Source of the DNA: an uncultured delta proteobacterium
GTDB lineage: Bacteria; Myxococcota_A; Polyangia; Polyangiales; Polyangiaceae
NCBI GenBank assembly: GCA_963731595.1
Contig: CAVSWE010000003.1
Span: 300,948 to 345,914 of the forward strand
Length of the DNA: 44,967 nucleotides
Direction: 5' to 3'
The position numbers and the translations under genes were made by a program. The notes under the pieces are model-generated. The model saw nothing but the letters and a program-made list of their open reading frames with translations, was not told where the DNA came from and made no database searches. Positions 39,381 through 44,967 of the stretch are shown here, piece after piece; positions within the stretch are counted from its first letter, which is position 1, and the number at the start of each line of letters is the position of its first letter.

Positions 39381-39789
39381 TTGCGTCCAGATATAGGCCA
39401 TAGCCTTCAAACTCAGCAAAGCAGCGCGGTTACAAAGTCAGAACGGCTCATCTGAACCCCAAAAAGATCGAAGCGATGTTATCTCTCACCGTATTCGGCC
39501 GTTCTGCATCGGCCTGCTAGAGCACGAAGGGCAGCAACGGGTCAGTTTGCGACGGCGGGGCGAAGGTTGGCTGCTGTATGTCCTTCACCAGCCGCTCGGT
39601 CGAATCGCGTCAATGCCGGCGACCGGCCAAGAGCAGTCGGGTGGCGCCGCCACCCAAATTGCCGGAAAGGGGACGCTCACGGGGCCAGGCTAGGCCGATT
39701 GGCGGGTTCCTTGATCTGTGGCAAAGCTCGTACCTCGGGCTCTGTCACATTGCCCGCTTCGGGCCACCCTTTTGCCAAGGAGAAGCGGA

Positions 39790-40010
39790 ATGAATTGACC
39801 CACACGAAGAACGGCTTGCCCGCCGCCTTGGCCTTGTCGATGAACTTCACCGAGTAATCGAGGATGTCCTCGTCGACCGTTTCCATGTTGTATTTGATGC
39901 CGGGCATCGGGTGCGGTGGCAGCGGACCCATATCCTCCAATCCCACTCGCGTGCACATCATCTCGCATTTGTCGCCGAAATACGCGGCCAGGCTGACCCC
40001 GGAGAATGGG
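39790..40010 (-). pseudogene. sulfatase (arylsulfatase family) internal fragment in inverted orientation
   Basis: Minus-strand translation ..GIKYNMETVDEDILDYSVKFIDKAKAAGKPFFVWVNSF.. matches the conserved sulfatase segment preceding the second half of the enzyme (xxVDEExxDxAxxFIxxxxxxKPFFLxxxxxxxH). Confidence 0.45.
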
Positions 40011-40811
40011 TGGTATCTGCAAGAAGCGGTGATGTCCCAACTCGACGACGTGGTTGGCGGCCTGCTGGACAAGCTGAAGGCCGAGGGGCTTGAGGACAAT
40101 ACAATCGTTGTGTTCACGACCGATAACGGCGCCGAGAACTTCACTTGGCCGGATGGCGGCAACACGCCCTTCGCCGCGGGCAAGGGGACGATCATGGAAG
40201 GTGGCATGCGCGTGCCAATGATCGTTCGCTGGCCGAGTCACGTCCCGGCCGGGAAGGTCGAAAATGGAATCATGTCGGGTATGGACTTCTTCCCGACATT
40301 TGTTGCCGCGGCTGGCGATCCGAACATCAAGGACGAACTGATCAAGGGCAAGCAGTTGGGTGACAGGACCTACAAGGTTCATCTCGATGGCTACAACCAA
40401 CTGGACATGTTGACCGGCAAGGTGCCTTCCAACCGACACGAAATCTTTTACTTTGCCGAGGGCACTTTGGGCGCGGTTCGTATCGATGACTGGAAATTCA
40501 GACTGATCGACCAGCCCGAGGGCATGATCGGGGGAACGGTCAAAGTCAATGCGCCGACGCTCGTCAATCTCCGGCTCGATCCGTTTGAGCGAATGGGGTG
40601 GTCGAGGGGCAACGACGGGTCCTTCGAATATTTCGGAGCTTTCTATCAACATGAATTCTGGCGCTTCGTTTTTCTTCAGCAGAAGGTCGGCGAATATGCC
40701 CAGACATTCCTCGACTTTCCGCCGATGCAGCGTGCAGCGAGCTTCAACCTCGACGCGGTCAAGGCCGAAATTGCCGCGCGAATCGCGGAGATGAAGGGCA
40801 GGACGGAATAA
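39985..40811 (+). pseudogene. sulfatase C-terminal half. It lacks the N-terminal catalytic CxPxR domain, and the neighbouring gene fragment lies on the opposite strand
   Basis: ..YLQEAVMSQLDDVVGGLLDKLKAEGLEDNTIVVFTTDNGAENFTWPDGGNTPFAAGKGTIMEGGMRVPMIVRWPSHVPAGKV..GMDFFPTFVAAAG.. is the conserved sulfatase C-terminal region (DNT.V.FTSDNG, GGKG...EGG.RVP). Confidence 0.6.
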
Positions 40812-40820
40812 TGGCTTTGC

Positions 40821-41171
40821 TTGGCGTCGCCGATCGTGAATAGCGCTAAGTTGAACCGGTCCGCCAGCTTGAGGCTCGGGCTGGTCGTGTTGGCGTTGGG
40901 TGCCGGCCTACTCGCGTCGGGCCCGGCGGCGAGTGAAGACGTGGACATGAACGACGGGCAGTGGCACTTCGGCATCACGCCCTACGGATGGCTGCCGAGC
41001 CTTCATGGCAACCTGAACCTCATTCTGCCGTCGGGGTCCACTTCGGCGGCAGTGGAAATCAACCCGAGCAGCTACCTGTCCAACCTCCAGTTCGGATTGA
41101 TGGTTGCCGGCGAGGCGCGCAAGGGTGAAGATCGTGAGGTCCGCCAAATGTTCCGGGAGCGCCGCGATTAG
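40821..41171 (+). CDS. putative outer-membrane protein, N-terminal fragment (signal peptide + first beta strands), truncated
   Basis: It has a signal peptide (..LVVLALGAGLLASGPAASE) and GQWHFGITPYGWLPSLHGNLNL.. typical of OM beta-barrel N-termini. The ORF stops after 116 aa with no continuation. Confidence 0.3.
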   Translation: MASPIVNSAKLNRSASLRLGLVVLALGAGLLASGPAASEDVDMNDGQWHFGITPYGWLPSLHGNLNLILPSGSTSAAVEINPSSYLSNLQFGLMVAGEARKGEDREVRQMFRERRD

Positions 41172-41343
41172 CTGCTGGGCGTGGTCTTTGGTCAGTACGC
41201 TTTCGCTTGGTCCGGATAGCATTTAGCGCCGCATGCGGAGCGTATGGCCGAACATGTGGGCACGTTTTGGGCACAGCCCGTGGACGACAATCAAAAGCCG
41301 CGCAAGAAGGCGGCCACATGACATTGTTTCCACAGCAAAAATC

Positions 41344-41388
41344 TGGTGGCCAAGGGCGGAATTGAACCACCGACACACGGATTTTCAG
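41344..41388 (-). tRNA. partial tRNA-Phe(GAA) 3' fragment (anticodon loop to CCA). Probably an att-site remnant, not a functional tRNA
   Basis: The minus strand reads cTGAAAAtccgt-gtgtc-ggtgg-ttcaatt-ccgcc-cttggcc-a-cca. This gives a GAA anticodon loop, a GTGTC variable loop identical to bacterial tRNA-Phe, a T-arm, an acceptor 3' strand and CCA. No matching 5' half (acceptor 5' strand, D-arm) exists upstream. Confidence 0.55.
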
Positions 41389-41740
41389 TCTGATAACAGG
41401 TGAAGTAAAGTTGCTCGGTTTGTCAATTAATCAATGGCTTGCGAAGCTTGCCACTTTTCCGTTTTCGCCAATTCCAGCCTCACTCAGGCTGATTTTGGGC
41501 ACTGCCAATCTCAGTTCGTCACAAACGCGTCTCGCAGCAAAATGAACCTGTCGCTACTCGGATCTCATCTAGCAGACACGGTCAGGTCGGCTTTCGTTCG
41601 CGACAGGTCTAGTTTCGTTAAGAGGCGCTGCAATCAAGTCAGTCCAAGTCGCTTCGCAATGCCGGACGCCAGCACATGATAGCCAACCCAGTTAACGGTT
41701 TACAAAACGTTTCGTACGAACGTAGAAGTTTGTTACCGCT

Positions 41741-42046
41741 TCAGACGCGCGGCTGTCGACCTCGACTGGTATGCCAAAACGCAAGCACGTCAACAAACTC
41801 TCCCGCCACCCGATAGTAGATGTAGTACCGCACCCGGGCCAGCGTCACACGACGCACGCCCTTGGCGCGGCTGCGACGAGCCGGTGCACCTATGCCAGGC
41901 TGCATGCATAGCACATCCAGCATCTCGGCAACGTCGTGGTGTATGGCATTGGGTGCCGATGGTCGGTTTCGGGCCCACCACTCCGCCGCCTCTTCGATTT
42001 GGCTCAGGGCCCGCTGAGAGACCCTGATCTTGCGCAGTAAAGTCAA
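41741..42046 (-). CDS. parE: ParE/RelE-family type II toxin
   Basis: MTLLRKIRVSQRALSQIEEAAEWWARNRPSAPNA...RRVTLARVRYYIYYRVAGEFVDVLAFWHTSRG is a ParE-toxin-fold sequence. Its start overlaps the stop of the upstream antitoxin (ATGA). Confidence 0.7.
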   Translation of the reverse strand: MTLLRKIRVSQRALSQIEEAAEWWARNRPSAPNAIHHDVAEMLDVLCMQPGIGAPARRSRAKGVRRVTLARVRYYIYYRVAGEFVDVLAFWHTSRGRQPRV

Positions 42047-42264
42047 CCGAATCGGCGCAGCCGCTCGAGCAGTTGCTCACCTGAGACGAACTCCCCTCGC
42101 TCGATTTGAGCGATGGAGTCGAGCAGCTCGTCCTCCTCTCCAGGAGTTAGCTCGAATGCTTCTTCGTTGTCGCGGAGTACCACGGTAACAGTCGAGCCTT
42201 CGGCCAAGGACTCCCCCTCGACCACGACTTTTCCGTCGACAACGATGCCGGTAGTGACTTTCAT
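42043..42264 (-). CDS. putative antitoxin partnered with ParE (73 aa, acidic C-terminus)
   Basis: MKVTTGIVVDGKVVVEGESLAEGSTVTVVLRDNEEAFELTPGEEDELLDSIAQIERGEFVSGEQLLERLRRFG is small, acidic and overlaps the toxin start. Its C-terminal ..IERGEF.S.E.L..L is common in ParD-partner antitoxins. Confidence 0.55.
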   Translation of the reverse strand: MKVTTGIVVDGKVVVEGESLAEGSTVTVVLRDNEEAFELTPGEEDELLDSIAQIERGEFVSGEQLLERLRRFG

Positions 42265-42396
42265 GCTCGGTATTCTACCTTTGACCAGAGTCCGTGTCTC
42301 GTCTCCTCGTCTCCGCTCGACTTGCCGCCGGTGGCTGCAATCTCTTGCGGTTTCAACCGGTCAATGCAACGCACTATAGCCTGAGCAATCAGAGGA

Positions 42397-42720
42397 GTGT
42401 TGCAGATGAGACCTCGGATCTATTACACGGAGAGTCAGAGGGCGCTGATGTGGGAGCGCTGGCAGAAGGGTGATTCTCTACACCAAATCGCGCGGTTGTT
42501 TGATCGGAACCACCCATCTATAGCGCGGATTTTAGGCGAGACGGGTGGGATCCGTCCGGCGCCACGAAAGCGCTCGCGATTGGCGTTGACCTTGGCCGAA
42601 CGCGAAGAGATCTCGCGCGCGGTGGTTGCCGGTCATTGCATGCGTTCGATAGCAGTGCACCTCGGCCGAGCGCCATCGACGATCAGTCGGGAGCCTCTCT
42701 TGGCGAAACGTCTCGAGCCT
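42397..42720 (+). mobile_element. IS30-family transposase N-terminal (HTH) remnant
   Basis: ..IYYTESQRALMWERWQKGDSLHQIARLFDRNHPSIARIL..LTLAEREEISRAVVAGHCMRSIAVHLGRAPSTISRE is the conserved IS30 transposase N-terminal HTH region. The rest of the ORF is non-homologous and the catalytic domain is absent. Confidence 0.65.
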
Positions 42721-42975
42721 TCGTGGCGGCACCTGCGTGAGCGCGTCGGTACCGGCACTGCCTCGGACGCAACGTTCCGAGCGCCACACAAATGCTCAAC
42801 CGATTGCGCCGACACGCAGCCTATGGCCGCTTGCCAACGACCTTTCCGTTCTCCCAAACGTAGATGCGCGTGCCGTGCACGCGCGCAGTCTTCCTTGCTT
42901 GGCGCGCCGCTCTTTGAATTGCCCGGGCCACAGCCGCGAAGAAACGTTCGTTCTCCTTGGATTTCGCGTGTTTTA

Positions 42976-43527
42976 TCATGGACCTCGCTCGATCAGCTTT
43001 GGTTTGTCTCCCGCATTATCGTAGACGGTCCACACGTCTGCCATGGGCCGATAAATGGCCCAAAAATTATCCCAGCTTCGCTGAAATCGACGCCGTACGT
43101 CGACCTCGGGGACATCATGTCCCCCTTGCTTGACGCGCTCGGCAATCCTTCGCAGGGCGAGCCGTGGGGACGGTAGCTTCAAGTAAACGATCTCCACTCT
43201 ATAGCCGGCCGTCTTCCAGCGTTTTAACCGCGACAGGTATGCAACGCCACTGAGTGTACTCTCAAACGCAAAATCTACCCGTTCGGCTGCGAGCCGGTCC
43301 AGTTCCCTAAGAAAGATTCGTCCCGCGGCCAGCGCTGCCATTTCGGGGCGAAGTGGAGCGAGACCCGCGGCGATCAAATCTGCGTTCACAAAGTGGATCA
43401 CCTTGGCGTCAATTGGAAGAAATTGACGAGCGAAGGTCGTCTTCCCTGCCCCGTTCGGCCCGGCGATGACGATGCAGCGGTGTGCTTTTCGACGCCGCCG
43501 GGTGGCAGCACTCGCCCTAGTCGTCAT
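42976..43527 (-). CDS. zeta-toxin-family / AAA P-loop ATPase (putative toxin)
   Basis: CIVIAGPNGAGKTTFARQF is a Walker A motif. ..ESTLSG..GYRVEIVYLKLPSPRLALRRIAERVKQGGHDVPE..VRRRFQRS is the PF06414 zeta-toxin-family pattern. Confidence 0.65.
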   Translation of the reverse strand: MTTRASAATRRRRKAHRCIVIAGPNGAGKTTFARQFLPIDAKVIHFVNADLIAAGLAPLRPEMAALAAGRIFLRELDRLAAERVDFAFESTLSGVAYLSRLKRWKTAGYRVEIVYLKLPSPRLALRRIAERVKQGGHDVPEVDVRRRFQRSWDNFWAIYRPMADVWTVYDNAGDKPKLIERGP

Positions 43528-43864
43528 CGTGGCTTCTTGTTGTTTTGGAGATCACTATTATAGCTAGCCCTTTTAGTGCAAGCGCGCACGGCGCTGGCTC
43601 GCTTGCCCAGGAAGCTGGGACGCCATCGCGCATTGCGGTGCAACCGAGGGCCTGCTGCATAGCCCACAGCGCCCATCGAGGAGTGAAGGGCGGCTATGAG
43701 CAACAGAGCCGCCAGCGGGCGCCTCGGTTCCAATGGGCGTGAACGACCCCAATCCGGTCATCGAGCCTTATGAAAACCAATGGGATGGACCCCTCCTCAC
43801 CTAGCGGCATCGATGTGCCAGACCGGAAGTGTCAGCCACCAGTCAACGGGAGAAGGAGTCCACC

Positions 43865-44458
43865 ATGAAGCTTATTCGCGTTGGGGTCGATTTGGCAAAG
43901 AACGTCTTCCAGGTCCACGGTGTAGATCGGAACGAGAAAGCGATATGGTGCCGCAAGCTAGGGCGGGAGAGCTGGGTGAAGATTCTGCTGGAGACCGTTG
44001 AGTCTGGCTGTGAGATTGGCATGGAGTCGTGCGGTGGCGCGCACCATTGGGCTCGCCAACTGCAGGCGCACGGGTTGAAGGTGAGGATGATTGCGCCGCA
44101 GTTCGTCAAACCGTATGTGACGAGTAACAAGAATGACGCCAACGATGCCGAGGCGATCTGTGAGGCAATGAGCCGGCCCAAGATGCGCTTTGTGGCGGTG
44201 AAGACGGTGGAGCAACAAGACATCCAGGCGGTACACCGAATTCGCGCCGAGCTGACCAAGCAACGCACAGCCAAAGGGAACCAGATCCGGGGCCTGGTCG
44301 CCGAGTACGGGTTGGTGGCACCTAAGGAGCTGGAGCATTTGCGCAGGGCGTTACCCTGTTGGTTGGAAGACGCAGAGAACGGCTTGAGCGGGCGGTTCCG
44401 GCGACTACAGGTCGATCAACCGCGTCGCAAACAGGAGCACATCCACCACGATTGCTAA
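43865..44458 (+). mobile_element. IS110-family transposase N-terminal fragment (DEDD domain start), truncated
   Basis: MKLIRVGVDLAKNVFQVHGVDRNEKAIWCRKL...HGLKVRMIAPQFVKPYVTSNKNDANDAEAICEAMSRPKMRFVAVKTVEQQDIQAVHRIRAELTKQRTAKGNQIRGLVAEYGLVAP is a canonical IS110 N-terminus. The C-terminal half is missing. Confidence 0.7.
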
Positions 44459-44702
44459 GCAAACCGAACGATGGCAAACAGGTCGAACCGGCGCCGGCAG
44501 ATCCCGAGAACGTCCATGTGCGAGAAGCACGAAAAACCAATGGGGAGCTGGCGCGCGAATAGCCCATCATGGCCCGGCATCGTCAAATCGATGCGGCAGT
44601 TAGAGGCCGGATATACGTGAGCAGTCGTACCTCACCGCCAAAGATCGGAATGCTTGCAAACGAGGAGGGGTCCATATACGGACGTTCGCATAACGTAATC
44701 CT

Positions 44703-44967
44703 TTACTGCCCCCCAGCAACGTTGACTGGCACCGAGCTGCTCGTGGTCCAGCTGTTGCCGAGTTGACCGGAGCTGTTATCGCCCCAGCAATACACCGCAC
44801 CGCCGAGGCTTGGGCCGCCGGGCGTTGGGCCGGTATACGGAAGACCTATCATGCCACACGTGTGGCGGCCCCCCGCACTGATCCACGCAAAACTAAGTCC
44901 ACCCGAAACAAGCACCGGTGTCGTGCTGTTCGTCATCGTGCCGTTACCGAGTTGTCCAAAGCTGTTG
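44703..44967 (-). CDS. RCC1-repeat (regulator of chromosome condensation-like beta-propeller) protein, C-terminal part; the gene runs off the window end
   Basis: ..[51 protein letters not shown] contains the repeated HTC / CWG.N..GQLG RCC1 blade motifs. Confidence 0.55.
   Translation of the reverse strand, partial: NSFGQLGNGTMTNSTTPVLVSGGLSFAWISAGGRHTCGMIGLPYTGPTPGGPSLGGAVYCWGDNSSGQLGNSWTTSSSVPVNVAGGQ

Noticed and set aside
39690-40652. 320-aa minus-strand ORF across the sulfatase region
   Set aside because: Only its 3'-most ~70 codons (39790-40010) resemble sulfatase. The rest is antisense of the plus-strand sulfatase C-terminal half.
39790-40811. Possible link between the radical-SAM genes and anaerobic sulfatase-maturating enzyme (anSME), because a sulfatase fragment is present in the window
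   Set aside because: The sulfatase fragment is 28 kb away inside an IS-scarred region and lacks its catalytic N-terminus. The rSAM genes are operonic with a PqqD-like chaperone and a prenyltransferase, not with a sulfatase.
41320-41400. A complete tRNA gene
   Set aside because: Only the anticodon-loop-to-CCA half is present. The sequence upstream cannot form the acceptor 5' strand or D-arm.
1-44967. CRISPR arrays, rRNA genes, prophage structural genes, integrase
   Set aside because: I saw no regularly spaced short direct repeats with unique spacers. There are no rRNA-like conserved stretches and no capsid, terminase or integrase ORFs. The repeats present are coding tandem repeats (Sel1, beta/gamma-crystallin, Cys-pair protein) and a 14-bp x2 duplication at 38161.

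Overview
High-GC (~65%) bacterial chromosomal window with a proteobacterial gene repertoire. The first ~12.5 kb is one co-directional plus-strand block. It holds a Wolinella-type quinol:fumarate reductase operon (frdCAB), whose FrdC aligns closely to W. succinogenes FrdC, with a perfect FNR-type palindrome upstream. A TRAP C4-dicarboxylate transporter (dctPQM) follows directly. Next comes an unusual RiPP-like cassette: a PqqD/MftB-like peptide chaperone, three tandem paralogous MftC/PqqE-like radical-SAM genes, a MenA/UbiA-type polyprenyltransferase start-overlapped with its neighbours, a 51-aa PqqA-like candidate precursor ORF with a strong SD, and a secreted mono-haem cytochrome c. I could not match this cassette to a known system; the hypothesis I would test first is a ribosomal-peptide-derived, prenylated membrane redox cofactor linked to fumarate respiration.

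Upstream on the minus strand are 2-oxoacid:ferredoxin oxidoreductase subunits. Downstream are DsbB, an SDR oxidoreductase, a bifunctional APH-like kinase/AAA ATPase, hemN plus a hemerythrin-like gene, and a general-stress cluster (entericidin, DUF3309, CsbD, DUF883, Fe/Mn SOD). These are followed by a four-repeat beta/gamma-crystallin secreted protein, a CHRD lipoprotein flanked by two paralogous Crp/Fnr regulators, a ChaN haem-binding lipoprotein, a DUF2380 + Sel1-repeat pair and a CPT-family kinase.

The last ~9 kb is a mobile-element junkyard: IS5, IS30 and IS110 transposase fragments, a patatin lipoprotein, a sulfatase gene broken by an internal inversion, a tRNA-Phe 3' fragment (att remnant), a ParE/antitoxin pair and a zeta-toxin ATPase.

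The reading frames as given carry many 1-nt homopolymer indels, including one clearly compensating pair inside the first radical-SAM gene. This is a sequencing/assembly error signature, although real pseudogenisation cannot be excluded. Frameshifted genes are therefore reported with their reconstructed spans.
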